A program made the position numbers and the translations under genes. Shown here one piece after another: positions 27,795 through 38,172 of a DNA stretch of 64,000 nt. How positions within the stretch are numbered: position 1 is the stretch's first letter; each line of letters begins with the position of its first letter. The DNA lies in assembly GCA_964531975.1 (NCBI GenBank), contig CAZHFU010000012.1:12705-76704 (forward strand), in the 5' to 3' direction. Source of the stretch: an uncultured Anaerolinea sp. Lineage in GTDB: Bacteria > Chloroflexota > Anaerolineae > Anaerolineales > UBA4823. The notes beneath the pieces were generated by a model. It worked only from the letters and a program-made list of their open reading frames with translations, made no database searches and was not told the origin of the DNA.

Positions 27795-29258
27795 ATGGCC
27801 CGCAAAATCAAATCGATTACCAACCCTAAATTGGGGCTGAGCATCCTCACCCCGCAAGAAGTGGAACGCCTGCACGGCGCTACCCTCGATGTGATCGAAA
27901 AGACCGGCGTACGCTTTCCCTCGACGCGCGCCTTGAAAATTTGGGCCGACGCCGGAGCCGATGTAAATTGGGATACCCAGGTGGTTAAAGCCAGGGGGCA
28001 TCTCATCGACGCCGCCCTGCGCCAGGCCCCGCCCGCCTACACCCTGGCAGCCCGCGCCCCCGCCCAAGATCTGCCGCTGGATGGCAACCACGTTCACCTG
28101 GGAACTGACGGCTGCGGCGTGGAGGTGATCGATCTATACAGCAGCCAGCGCCGCCGCACTTGCCTGCAAGATGTGGCCGAAATCGCTCGCCTGGGCGATT
28201 ACCAGGAAGAGATCGCCTTCCATTGGGTGGCCGTCTCGGCCCAAGATAAACCAGCGCACACCCGCGGCCTGCACGAGCTGAAGGCGGTGTGGGAGAACTC
28301 GACCAAGCATGTGCAAACCGAAAGCGTCTATTCCGAAGCGGAAGCCAAAGCGGCCATTGAAATGGCCGCCGTGGTGGCGGGCGGGCGCGAACAGCTGCGC
28401 CAACGTCCGCTGCTTTCGATCATGCAATGCACCGCCCCACCCCTGGGCCACGACGGCGGCAGCCTGAACGCCGCCCTCATCGCCGCCGAAGCAGGCATGC
28501 CGGTGGGATTCATGACCATGGCCTCCATGCTTACCACCGGCCCGGCCACCCTGGCGGGCAACCTGGTGGTGGGCAACGCCGAAGTCATCGCTGGTACGGC
28601 CCTGATCCAACTGGCCTACCCGGGTGCGCCAGTGTTCTACGCTGCCGCCCAAACCGCCTCCGACCTGCGCACCGGCGCCTATACCGGCGGCGGCCCCGAA
28701 GATTTCCTGTTCGGCGCAGCCACCAACGTGCTGGCCGATTACTACAACATTCCGCTTTCAATGGGCTCCTTCGCCACCGGCGCTAAGCAGCCCAACTGGC
28801 AGGCTGGGGTCGATAACAGCCTGTCAACCTTTATGGCCTGCGTGGTAATGTCGGATATGCTCTTGGGGGCCGGCTTTTTGCATGGCAGTCGCATATGGTC
28901 GTACGCCGAAATGCTCATGGACTGCGAAATCTTCAGCATCGTGCATAAAATGCTGGGCGGCATCGTCATCAACGACGAAACCCTGGCGCTGGACGTGATC
29001 AACGCCGTGGGGCCGGGCGGCAACTTCCTCGCCCAAAAGCACACCCTGCGCCACATGCGCGAGATTTTCAACCCTCAGTACATGGATCGCCGCCCGTATA
29101 ACGAATGGGAAGAAAAAGGCGATGGCGCTGTGGAATGGGCCGCCGCCAAGGCGCGCCAGATTTTAGAGACCCACCAACCCGACCCGCTGGCCGCCGGCCT
29201 TTCCGCCGAGCTGGCTCGCATCATCGCCGCCGCCGAGCGAGAACATCCGCTGGCTTGA
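27795..29258 (+). CDS. Trimethylamine methyltransferase (MttB) family protein, non-pyrrolysine, copy 1
   Basis: LDVIEKTGVRF, TLAGNLVVGNAE, QLAYPGAPVFY, ALDVINAVGPGGNFLAQKHT. Confidence 0.92.
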   Translation: MARKIKSITNPKLGLSILTPQEVERLHGATLDVIEKTGVRFPSTRALKIWADAGADVNWDTQVVKARGHLIDAALRQAPPAYTLAARAPAQDLPLDGNHVHLGTDGCGVEVIDLYSSQRRRTCLQDVAEIARLGDYQEEIAFHWVAVSAQDKPAHTRGLHELKAVWENSTKHVQTESVYSEAEAKAAIEMAAVVAGGREQLRQRPLLSIMQCTAPPLGHDGGSLNAALIAAEAGMPVGFMTMASMLTTGPATLAGNLVVGNAEVIAGTALIQLAYPGAPVFYAAAQTASDLRTGAYTGGGPEDFLFGAATNVLADYYNIPLSMGSFATGAKQPNWQAGVDNSLSTFMACVVMSDMLLGAGFLHGSRIWSYAEMLMDCEIFSIVHKMLGGIVINDETLALDVINAVGPGGNFLAQKHTLRHMREIFNPQYMDRRPYNEWEEKGDGAVEWAAAKARQILETHQPDPLAAGLSAELARIIAAAEREHPLA

Positions 29259-29267
29259 GAGGACGCT

Positions 29268-30725
29268 ATGCAGCCCAAAATTCAACTCCTTTCCGAAGAC
29301 CTGGTGCAGCGCACCCTGGATGAAGCCTATGCCCTGATGCGCGATCACGGCCTAAAGGTGCAAGCGCCCGAGGCCCGCCGTCTGCTGGCCGAGGCCGGGG
29401 CGCGCATCGACGAGGCCAACGAAATCGCCTACCTGCCCGAAGACTTGGTGCGCCGGGCCATGTCCACCGCTCCCAGCCAATTTACCCTCTACAATCGCCA
29501 GGGTGAGGCGGCCGTCAACTACGGCGGCGACGCGGTGCATTTCGACCCCGGTTCATCCGGCGTCCACATTCTCGACCCCGACACGCTCGAACATCGCCCG
29601 TCCTACACCAAAGACCTGGTGCGCATCATCAAAGTGGCCGAAATGCTGCCCCAGATCGACGCCCAATCGACAGCGGTGGTATGCAGCGAAATTCCCAAAG
29701 CCATCGGCGACCTGTACCGCCTGTACCTGGTGCTGCGCTACTCGAGCAAGCCCATCATCACTGGCGCGTTTTCGATCAGCACCCTGCAAACCATGATCGA
29801 CATGATGGCGCTCTTCGCCGGCGGGCGGCAAGCCCTGGCCGAAAAACCGCAGGCGGTGTTCGATGTGTGCCCCTCGCCGCCGCTGATCTGGAGCGATTTC
29901 GGGGCGCAGAACCTGATCGAGCTGGCGCGGGCCGGCGTTCCGGCGCAGATGGTCTCGATGCCCCTGGCGGGCGCGGCCGCGCCGGTGACGCTGATCGGCT
30001 CGGTGGTGCAGCACGCCGCTGAGTCGATGAGCGGCGTGGTTATCCACCAGCTGGCAAACCCCGGCGCGCCGATCGTATGGGGCGGCGCGCCCGCCATCTT
30101 CGATATGCGGAAAGGAACCACCCCCATGGGCGCCATCGAAACCGCCATGATCGACGCCTCCTACGCCCAGGTAGGCAAAGCCCTCCACCTGCCCACCCAT
30201 ACCTACCTGGGCGCTTCCGACGCCAAGCTGGTGGACGCCCAGGCCGGCCTGGAGAGCGGTATCACCGCCATCATCGCCGCCCTGGCGGGCGTCAACATGG
30301 TTTCCGGCGTGGGTATGCTCGATTTCCTGGCCTGCTTCAGCGTCGAAAAGCTGGCGATAGACGCCGAAGCCGTGGGCATGGCAAAGCGCCTGATCCGCGG
30401 GGTGCAGGTGCATACCGACACTCTGGCGCTGGAGATGTTCGCTAACATTGCCTTCAAAGGTGAGTTTCTCAAGCAAAAGCAAACCCGGCAGCTGTTTTCC
30501 AAGGAGCAGTATTTACCCTCCCCCATCATCGATCGTGGTTCAGTGCGCACCTGGCAAGAAGAAGGCGGCGCCGATGCCTTCTCCCGCGCCAAGGCCCGTG
30601 TGCAAACGCTGCTGGCGGATTATCAACCGCCCAACCTGCCCGCCGGTCAGCTCGCAGCCCTGGAAGAAATGGTATGGACCCTGGCGCAAACAGCCGGCAT
30701 GGAGAAGCTGCCCGCCGCTGAATAG
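29268..30725 (+). CDS. MttB family protein, non-pyrrolysine, copy 2
   Basis: APVTLIGSVVQHAAE, QLANPGAPIVWG, DAKLVDAQAGLE, GMLDF. Confidence 0.92.
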   Translation: MQPKIQLLSEDLVQRTLDEAYALMRDHGLKVQAPEARRLLAEAGARIDEANEIAYLPEDLVRRAMSTAPSQFTLYNRQGEAAVNYGGDAVHFDPGSSGVHILDPDTLEHRPSYTKDLVRIIKVAEMLPQIDAQSTAVVCSEIPKAIGDLYRLYLVLRYSSKPIITGAFSISTLQTMIDMMALFAGGRQALAEKPQAVFDVCPSPPLIWSDFGAQNLIELARAGVPAQMVSMPLAGAAAPVTLIGSVVQHAAESMSGVVIHQLANPGAPIVWGGAPAIFDMRKGTTPMGAIETAMIDASYAQVGKALHLPTHTYLGASDAKLVDAQAGLESGITAIIAALAGVNMVSGVGMLDFLACFSVEKLAIDAEAVGMAKRLIRGVQVHTDTLALEMFANIAFKGEFLKQKQTRQLFSKEQYLPSPIIDRGSVRTWQEEGGADAFSRAKARVQTLLADYQPPNLPAGQLAALEEMVWTLAQTAGMEKLPAAE

Positions 30726-30869
30726 CGCCAGCTTGCAGCCGGGGATGACGCTGGGAATTATTGTGGTGTAGGCCTGCAGCGGCAATCTTGCCCAGGCGGC
30801 CTGGTGTTATGCCAGGCACGACGCTGTTAACCGCCGCCATCCTGGCCGGATGTTCGACAAAGGAAGCCA

Positions 30870-32969
30870 ATGCTCGATCTCGAAACCCTACTGCGCGTAC
30901 CATACGTGGACGCGTCTTTCGATATTTCCCCCGACGGCCAGAATGTGGCCTTCGCCTGGAATCAAACCGGCCAGTGGGAGATTTACGAAGCGCCTGTGGC
31001 CGGTGGAGAGCCGCGCCGCCTCACCCACGGGGCCGGGGCCAAATTCGCCCCGCGCTACGCCCCCAACGGCCAGCGCCTGGCCTATGTGGTGGACGAGGAC
31101 GGCGGTGAGAACTTCGACCTACACTTGCTCGATCTATCTACCGGGGCAGCCCGCAATCTGACCCCCAACACCCCCTTTGCCCTCCAGCCCAGCTTCGCCT
31201 GGCTGCCGGATGGCGAGCGCATCGCCTGCCTGGCCGACCCCGAAGGCCGCTTCAAAACCTACCTGCTCACCCTGGCAAGCGGCCGGCTCGAAAAGCTGTT
31301 CGAAAGCCGCGGCCCGGCCTGGGAGTTGCATCTCTCGCCAGACGGCAGGCAGCTGGCCGTGGTGTCGGAAGGAACCGGGCAAGATTACGCCGTCCACATT
31401 GTACCCCTGGTAGGTGCGTCAACGGGCGGCGCTTCAACGGGCGGCGCTTCAATCGGCGGCGCTTCAATCGGCGGCGCACCGACTGACCCCGCGCCAATTA
31501 TCGATGCGCCTGTCGATAGCCAACTCCCTGACCACTCCCGCAGCGGTGGGCCTTCACTGGCGGCGCGCCCGGCCCTGGTAGTGGCGCTGGACGGGCGCAG
31601 CCTCAACGCCATGCAAGTATGCTGGTCGCCCGATAGTCAGGCCCTGGCGTTCTCGTCTGATGAACCGGGGCGGTACGAAATTGGCTGCTTCTACCCGTCC
31701 GATGAGCGTATCGAGTGGTTAACCCAGAGCGGCCCCGGCGATAAAGGCGAGCCGGCCTTCTCGTCCGATGGACGCCGCCTGGCTTATATCATCAGCGACG
31801 GGCCGGATACCCGCCTCGGACTGCTGGACCGGCGCACCCAGGCCGAACGCGCCTGGCAAATTGAGCCGGGCGTCCATGCCGCCCCAGCCTTCACCCCTCA
31901 GGCCGATAACCTGGTGCTGTTATTCGATAACCCGCGTCGTCCCGGCGATTTGTGGCGCTTTCACCTACCGGCGGAAGCTTTCCACCCCCTCACCCACTCC
32001 CTGCCGCCCGGCCTGACCCCCGATGATTTCGTCATGCCGCGCCAGGTCGTTTACCCCACCCCCGACGGCTGTCTGGTTCCGGCGCTGCTGTTCACCTCCC
32101 CCAACCTGGCCCCCGGCCCGGCCACAGACCTCGCCCATCCATTGATGAAGGCATCCACCAACGGCAACCCGGCAAGCAATCCGCTTGCAAGCCGCGCCCC
32201 GGCAGGCGAAACATCCCAAAGCGTCATCCCCGCCGGCGGAGCCTCCGCAAGCCAAACCCCCGTCAGCGGCCAGTCGCCGCGCTTGCCGCCGGCGGTGATC
32301 ATCATTCACGGCGGGCCAGGCTGGCTGTTTCAATACCTGTGGTATCCCGTCATGGCCCACTGCGCCTCGCGTGGCTGGACGGTGCTGGCCCCCAACTATC
32401 GCGGCTCCACTGGCTATGGGCGCGCGTGGCAGCTTGCCAACCGCTTCGAAATGGGCAACTTAGATACGCTCGATGTAGCCTGCGGCGTCGATTACCTAGT
32501 GAACCACGGCCTGGCCGATCCGCAGCGCATCGGCGTCACCGGGCGCAGCCACGGCGGCTATCTCACTATGAGCTGCCTGACGCGCTACCCGCAGCGATTC
32601 GCCGTGGGGTCGGCCATCGTGCCGTTCCTAAACTGGTTCACTTCGCACGCCGCCAGCCGCGACGATCTCAAACATTGGGATATCGAAAACATGGGTCGCC
32701 CGCAAGACAACGCCGCCCTATGGCGCGAGCGTTCGCCGTTCTTCTTCCTCGACCGCATCCAGGCTCCGGTGCAGATGGTGTGCGGCGCGCACGACCCGCG
32801 TTGCCCGGCTTCCGAATCGCTGGCGGCGCGCGACCGCCTGGCCGAATTGGGCAAAACGATGGAATTGATCCTCTACCCGGACGAAGGCCACACTTTCTTG
32901 AAGCTTGAAAACGTGGTCGATCACGAACTGCGGCGGATTGCTTACCTTGCTCAAGTGTTGGAAGCATGA
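30870..32969 (+). CDS. S9 family peptidase (beta-propeller + alpha/beta hydrolase) with two low-complexity insertions
   Basis: PD40-like repeats; IHGGP, PNYRGSTGYG, GRSHGG nucleophile, HDPRC, DEGH. Confidence 0.92.
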   Translation: MLDLETLLRVPYVDASFDISPDGQNVAFAWNQTGQWEIYEAPVAGGEPRRLTHGAGAKFAPRYAPNGQRLAYVVDEDGGENFDLHLLDLSTGAARNLTPNTPFALQPSFAWLPDGERIACLADPEGRFKTYLLTLASGRLEKLFESRGPAWELHLSPDGRQLAVVSEGTGQDYAVHIVPLVGASTGGASTGGASIGGASIGGAPTDPAPIIDAPVDSQLPDHSRSGGPSLAARPALVVALDGRSLNAMQVCWSPDSQALAFSSDEPGRYEIGCFYPSDERIEWLTQSGPGDKGEPAFSSDGRRLAYIISDGPDTRLGLLDRRTQAERAWQIEPGVHAAPAFTPQADNLVLLFDNPRRPGDLWRFHLPAEAFHPLTHSLPPGLTPDDFVMPRQVVYPTPDGCLVPALLFTSPNLAPGPATDLAHPLMKASTNGNPASNPLASRAPAGETSQSVIPAGGASASQTPVSGQSPRLPPAVIIIHGGPGWLFQYLWYPVMAHCASRGWTVLAPNYRGSTGYGRAWQLANRFEMGNLDTLDVACGVDYLVNHGLADPQRIGVTGRSHGGYLTMSCLTRYPQRFAVGSAIVPFLNWFTSHAASRDDLKHWDIENMGRPQDNAALWRERSPFFFLDRIQAPVQMVCGAHDPRCPASESLAARDRLAELGKTMELILYPDEGHTFLKLENVVDHELRRIAYLAQVLEA
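31413..31481 (+). repeat. In-frame 15-bp tandem repeat (GASTG/GASIG x4+) inside S9 peptidase
   Basis: GGTGCGTCAACGGGC GGCGCTTCAACGGGC GGCGCTTCAATCGGC GGCGCTTCAATCGGC GGCGCACCG. Confidence 0.9.
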
Positions 32970-33106
32970 TGGGCGGGAAGGGTGGTTAATCATCATATAC
33001 CCCCAGCGGTTGCCGGAGGCGTGACAAACGTTAGGGCGCGTTCCTGTATCATCAAGGCGGCTTTCCGCGCTCCCTAAGCAAGACCCAATATCCAGGAGAA
33101 AAACCC

Positions 33107-34270
33107 ATGGCAAACTACTACGAAAAAGCAAAGGCCCAAGCTGCGCAGCTAAGCGAATGGCGGCGCGCCATTCACCGGCGGCCCGAACTCGGCTTTCAAG
33201 AACAGCATACCGCCGCCCTGGCAAGCCAAATCTTAGCCGGGCTGGGCGGGCGGGTGCGCACCGGGGTGGGCAAAACCGGGGTGGTGGCCGATTTTGGCTC
33301 CCGCCGCCCGCTGATCGCCATCCGCGCCGACATGGACGCCCTGCCCGTTACGGAAGCCAACGTTTGCGATTACGCTTCGCAAAACCCCGGCCTGATGCAC
33401 GCCTGCGGCCACGACTCTCACGTGGCGATGGCCTGCGGAGCAGCCCGCCTGCTCACCGAAAGCGGCTTCCCCGGCAGTCTGCGGGTGCTGATTCAACCCT
33501 CGGAGGAAATGAACGACAGCGAAGGTCTGAGCGGCGCGCCGCGCATGATCGCCGATGGAGCGATGGAGGGGGTCGATAAAATCATCGCCCTGCATGTGGA
33601 ACCGGATACGCCGGTGGGCGGCATTCGTGTGGCCGCCGGGCCATTTTCAGGCGGGGTCGATTCGTTCTTCGCCACCATCACCGGCACAGGCGGACACGGC
33701 GCCGCCCCCCACACCACCATCGACCCCATTCACATCGCCGCCCACGTCATCCTGGCGCTTAACGCCATCGTCTCGCGCCGGCTCGACCCGTTCGCCCCGG
33801 CCGTGGTCAGCCTGGGCAGCATTCACGCTGGTCAGGCCGAGAACGTCATCCCCGCCCAGGTGGAAATCAACGGCACGATCCGCTATATGCAGAAGGCGGT
33901 GCAAGCCGCCATCCACGCCGAAATCCGGCGGGCGTTTGAGATCAGCCGGGTGTTCGGCGGCGATTATGCGCTCAAGATCGAGGTGGGCGTGCCGCCGATG
34001 CTCAACGACGCCGGGGTGGTGGATACCATCATCGCCGCCGCTCATGCCCTGCTCGGGCCGGACGCCCTGCTTCCCCCCCAGGATGGGCTGGGGGCCGAAG
34101 ATTTCGGCTGCTTTTCAGAAGCGGCCCCCGGAGCCATGTTCTCGCTGGGCTGTGCTCTGCCCGGCGAGGCGCGCCACCTCCACAGCCCGGTGTTCGATAT
34201 TGATGAAGCCTGCCTGCCAGTGGGCGCGGCCTTGTTGGCCGAGACCGCCCTCAGATTAATGAACCAATAA
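33107..34270 (+). CDS. M20 family amidohydrolase
   Basis: HRRPELGFQE, RADMDALP, MHACGHD, QPSEE, GAEDF, LHSP. Confidence 0.93.
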   Translation: MANYYEKAKAQAAQLSEWRRAIHRRPELGFQEQHTAALASQILAGLGGRVRTGVGKTGVVADFGSRRPLIAIRADMDALPVTEANVCDYASQNPGLMHACGHDSHVAMACGAARLLTESGFPGSLRVLIQPSEEMNDSEGLSGAPRMIADGAMEGVDKIIALHVEPDTPVGGIRVAAGPFSGGVDSFFATITGTGGHGAAPHTTIDPIHIAAHVILALNAIVSRRLDPFAPAVVSLGSIHAGQAENVIPAQVEINGTIRYMQKAVQAAIHAEIRRAFEISRVFGGDYALKIEVGVPPMLNDAGVVDTIIAAAHALLGPDALLPPQDGLGAEDFGCFSEAAPGAMFSLGCALPGEARHLHSPVFDIDEACLPVGAALLAETALRLMNQ

Positions 34271-34280
34271 AGGAGACCCG

Positions 34281-35708
34281 ATGCCCGGTCTGGCTATCCC
34301 GAAACTAAGCTTACTTACTGACGAACAAATTCAAAGCGTGCATGCCCATTCGCTGCGCATTTTGGCCGAAACCGGCGTGCGCATCGACTCGCCGGCGGCG
34401 CTGGCAATTTTGGGCAACGCCGCCGGGGCCACGCTGCGCGCCGGCGGGCGCGTCACCTTCGACGCCGAGCTGGTCGAATGGGCGGTTCAGGCCGCCCCTG
34501 CCGCAGTAGACGTATTCGACCGCGACGGGGCGCTGCGCTTCCGCTTAGGGCTGGATCGGGCGCGCTTTGGAGCCGGCGTAACCAACCTGTTCTACCAGCA
34601 CCCCGCCAACGACCGCCTGGCCCCTTTCACCCGCGCCCACATGACCCAGGCGGTGCGCCTGGCCCACAGCCTGCCCCATTACGATGTGGTTTCGACCATC
34701 GGCGTAATTCAAGATTACCCGCCCGAAAGCGCCGATCTCTACGCCACCCTGGAGATGGTCGCCAACACCACCAAGCCGCTGGTGCTGCTCATCTCGGATG
34801 AAAATCTGTTCGAGCCGGCCCTGGACTTGCTGCAGCATCTGCACGACCGCCCCCTGGGCGAACGGCCATTTGTCATCCCCTACTTCAACCCCATCACCCC
34901 TTTGGTGATTAACCAGGGCACTGCCGACAAAATGCTGACCGCCATTGGGCGAGGCCTACCCGTGATCTATTCCAACTATAGTATGGCGGGCATGTCTACA
35001 CCCATCACCCCGGCGGGAACGCTGGCGCTGATGAACGCCGAACTGCTGGCCGGGCTAACCCTGGCACAGCTGGCCCGCCCCGGCACACCGGTAATCTTGG
35101 GCAGTTTGCCGGCCTATTTTGATATGCGTCAAATGAAGGACTACTACGACCCGCAGACCATCCTGCTCAACCTGGCTTGCGCCGAAATGCTGGCCTATTA
35201 CCACCTGCCGCACGCCGGCACATCGGGCAGCGGGCTGGGCTACGGGGCCGACCTGGCCGAAAGCGGGCTGCTGTGGATGAACCACCTCACCGCCCTGCTG
35301 GGCAAGGTGGGGCTGGCCCCGTTTGTGGGCGGCGTGTTAGGATCGAAAGCCTTCTCGCCCACCATGCTGGTCTACGCCCATGAGATCATCGACCAGGCGA
35401 TCCGCTTCAGCGAAGGTTTCGTGCTTGATGAGGACAGCCTGGCGCTAGACGAGATCGCCCAACGTGGCCCTGGTGGCAGCTTCCTGGACAGCGACCTGAC
35501 CCTGCGCTTATTCCGTAAGAATTATTACGAGAGCAAATTGTTCCCCCGTTGGAGCCTGGAGAAGTGGCAAGGGCTGGGCCGCCCCAGCCTGGACGAGCGT
35601 TTGCGCCGGCACACTCAAGATCTGATCGACGCCGCGATGCGCACGCCCCCACCCAACGCCGCCGGCCTGCAAGCCCGCGGCGAGGCCTGGATTGCGAAGC
35701 GTGGCTGA
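34281..35708 (+). CDS. MttB family protein, non-pyrrolysine, copy 3
   Basis: ILAETGVRI, PITPAGTLALMNAELLAG, QLARPGTPVILG, ALDEIAQRGPGGSFL. Confidence 0.9.
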   Translation: MPGLAIPKLSLLTDEQIQSVHAHSLRILAETGVRIDSPAALAILGNAAGATLRAGGRVTFDAELVEWAVQAAPAAVDVFDRDGALRFRLGLDRARFGAGVTNLFYQHPANDRLAPFTRAHMTQAVRLAHSLPHYDVVSTIGVIQDYPPESADLYATLEMVANTTKPLVLLISDENLFEPALDLLQHLHDRPLGERPFVIPYFNPITPLVINQGTADKMLTAIGRGLPVIYSNYSMAGMSTPITPAGTLALMNAELLAGLTLAQLARPGTPVILGSLPAYFDMRQMKDYYDPQTILLNLACAEMLAYYHLPHAGTSGSGLGYGADLAESGLLWMNHLTALLGKVGLAPFVGGVLGSKAFSPTMLVYAHEIIDQAIRFSEGFVLDEDSLALDEIAQRGPGGSFLDSDLTLRLFRKNYYESKLFPRWSLEKWQGLGRPSLDERLRRHTQDLIDAAMRTPPPNAAGLQARGEAWIAKRG

Positions 35709-36354
35709 ACCGCCTGCCATCCTCCCGGTGGGCGAAAGCGCCCCCGAAGACGCCGCGCGCCTGCATCAACAGATGATAGCGCTGGCGCGGCGCGACCTGG
35801 CGTTGCAGGCCATTATTGATCGCTATGGTCTGCCGCCCTACTGGCAGCGCCCTCGCAGTTTTCCCGGCCTGCTGCGCATCATCCTAGAGCAGCAGGTCTC
35901 GCTGGCTTCGGCCAAAGCCGCCTACGAAAAGCTGCTCCAGCTGCTCCCCGATCTGACGCCGGGCGCCTTCCTCACCCTGGACGAGGCCGCTTTGCGCCAG
36001 GCGGGTTTCAGCCGCCAGAAGATCGCCTACAACCGAATTTTAGCCGCCGCCCTCCTCAGCGGCGAATTGGATCTGGACGACCTGGAGCAGCAGGATGATG
36101 AGCAGGTGCGCGCCAGGCTGATACGGCTGAAAGGCATTGGTCATTGGACCGCGGATATTTACCTGCTGCTGGCGCTGCGCCGCCCCGATGTGTGGCCGGT
36201 GCAAGATTTGGGCTTAATCGGCGGGGTGCAGCGCGCCTATGGTTTAAACGCGCCGCCCTCCCGGGAGGCGCTGCTTACCCTGGGAGAGCGGTTCAGGCCG
36301 TATCGTTCCACCGCCACACGGCTGTTCTGGCATCGGTACTTGAGCGGCAAGTAG
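35701..36354 (+). CDS. DNA-3-methyladenine glycosylase II (AlkA-like, HhH-GPD)
   Basis: ILEQQVSLASA, LKGIGHWTADIYLL HhH, WPVQDLG, RPYRS; GTG start overlaps MttB3 stop. Confidence 0.88.
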   Translation: MAEPPAILPVGESAPEDAARLHQQMIALARRDLALQAIIDRYGLPPYWQRPRSFPGLLRIILEQQVSLASAKAAYEKLLQLLPDLTPGAFLTLDEAALRQAGFSRQKIAYNRILAAALLSGELDLDDLEQQDDEQVRARLIRLKGIGHWTADIYLLLALRRPDVWPVQDLGLIGGVQRAYGLNAPPSREALLTLGERFRPYRSTATRLFWHRYLSGK

Positions 36355-36389
36355 CCCAACGGCCTTGCCGCGCGGAGGCGCAGAGCGAT

Positions 36390-38042
36390 TTACACCCCGG
36401 CCGCCTTGAACACATCCGCTGTCAATTCTTGCGCCTCGGCCTGCAAACGCTGGAGGTGATCTTCGCTCACAAAGCTTTCGGCGTAAATCTTATAAATATC
36501 CTCGGTTCCCGATGGGCGAGCAGCGAACCAACCGTCTGCCGTAACCACCTTTAGCCCGCCGATGGGCGCGTTATTGGCGGGGGCGCGGGTGAGCCGGGCG
36601 GTGATGGGCGAACCCGCCAGCGTGGCGGTCTGCACCATATCGGGCGACATATCTTTAAGCACGTTCTTCTGCGCCGGCGTAGCCGGGGCCTCGAAGCGGG
36701 CGTAGTAGGTGCGCCCAAATTCATCCTCCAACTCCTGGTATAACCTGCCGGGGTCTTTGCCGGTCACAGAGGCCATCTCGGCCGCCAGGAGGCCCATAAT
36801 CAAACCGTCCTTATCGGTCGTCCACACGCTGCCATCCATGCGTAGGAAAGACGCCCCGGCGCTTTCCTCGCCGCCAAAGCCATACGAACCGTCTAGCAGC
36901 CCATCCACGAACCATTTGAAGCCCACCGGAACCTCGGCCAACCGCCGCCCGATCTTGAGCGCCACTTTATCGATCATGCCGCTCGAAACCAGGGTCTTGC
37001 CCACCGCGGCGTCTGGCCGCCAACCGGGGCGGTGTTGGAACAAATAGAAGATCGCCGCCGCCAGGTAATGGTTGGGGTTCAGCAAGCCGTAGCCGGGGGT
37101 GACAATGCCGTGACGATCCACGTCGGGGTCATTGCCCCAGGCCAGATCGAAGCGGTCTTTGAGATGGATCAGGCTCGCCATAGCCGCTGGCGATGAGCAG
37201 TCCATACGAATTTTGCCGTCGTGATCCACCGTCATAAAAGAGAAGGTGGCGTCTACGTGGGGGTTAACCACCTCCAGATTGAGATTGTACCGCTCGGCGA
37301 TTGGCTCCCAATACGCCACCGCCGCCCCGCCCATCGGGTCTACTCCCAGTTTGAGCTTTGCGCCGGCGATGGCCGGCATGTCGATCACCTTGCTTAGCTC
37401 GGCGGCGTAGGCAGTGATGTAATCGTAAGCCTGGATGTTATCGGCGCGCATCGCCCGCGCCAGGGGAATGCGCTTCACCGCCTTCAGGCCATCGCGCATC
37501 ATCTGATTAGCGTTATCCTGAATGATCTTGGTGGTTGTGGTATCGGCTGGCCCGCCGTTTGGCGGGTTGTATTTAATGCCGCCGTCGCCAGGTGGGTTAT
37601 GCGACGGGGTGATGACCACGCCATCGGCCAGGTGCGCGCTGCGCCCGCGGTTAGTGGTCAAGATCGCCAGCGAGACCGCCGGGGTGGGCGTATAGCCTGG
37701 CCCCGGTTGATAACGCACCTGCACCCCATTGGCGGCGAAAACTTCCACAGCCGTGGCAAAGGCCGGCTCGGACAAAGCGTGCGTATCGATGCCCAGGAAC
37801 AGCGGGCCGTCGATGCCCTGCGAGCGGCGCAGATCGGCGATGGCCTGGCACACCGCCAGGATATGATCCTCGTTAAAGCTGCCATCGGCGGCGCTGCCAC
37901 GGTGGCCCGATGTGCCAAACGAGACAAGCTGCGTGGGATCTTCCAGGTTCGGATGCAGGCTATAGTATTGCGTTACCAGCCGCGACGGATTGATCAGAAG
38001 CGACTGCAGAGCGGGTTTCCCAGCCAGGGGGCTAATCAGCAT
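36390..38042 (-). CDS. pgm: Phosphoglucomutase
   Basis: [47 protein letters not shown]; GGAGG SD before ATG 38042. Confidence 0.96.
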   Translation of the reverse strand: MLISPLAGKPALQSLLINPSRLVTQYYSLHPNLEDPTQLVSFGTSGHRGSAADGSFNEDHILAVCQAIADLRRSQGIDGPLFLGIDTHALSEPAFATAVEVFAANGVQVRYQPGPGYTPTPAVSLAILTTNRGRSAHLADGVVITPSHNPPGDGGIKYNPPNGGPADTTTTKIIQDNANQMMRDGLKAVKRIPLARAMRADNIQAYDYITAYAAELSKVIDMPAIAGAKLKLGVDPMGGAAVAYWEPIAERYNLNLEVVNPHVDATFSFMTVDHDGKIRMDCSSPAAMASLIHLKDRFDLAWGNDPDVDRHGIVTPGYGLLNPNHYLAAAIFYLFQHRPGWRPDAAVGKTLVSSGMIDKVALKIGRRLAEVPVGFKWFVDGLLDGSYGFGGEESAGASFLRMDGSVWTTDKDGLIMGLLAAEMASVTGKDPGRLYQELEDEFGRTYYARFEAPATPAQKNVLKDMSPDMVQTATLAGSPITARLTRAPANNAPIGGLKVVTADGWFAARPSGTEDIYKIYAESFVSEDHLQRLQAEAQELTADVFKAAGV

Positions 38043-38172
38043 AACAACCTCCACAAAATCGTATAACGTTGATATAGGTTCATTATAAAGCCTTCACAGC
38101 CTGGCGGCGCGCACAATCAGGATTAGATGTTGGCAAACTGCCCAAAAAGCAACTCTTTGATAAAATAGAGGC

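Noticed and set aside
30809-31108. ORF MPGTTLLTAAILAGCS with an apparent lipobox before the S9 peptidase
   Set aside because: Out of frame with S9, no SD or basic n-region, downstream sequence is shadow-like; S9 has its own SD. A frameshifted signal peptide cannot be fully excluded without reads
27795-35708. Pyrrolysine read-through in MttB genes
   Set aside because: All three ORFs are full length without in-frame TAG; no pyl genes in the window
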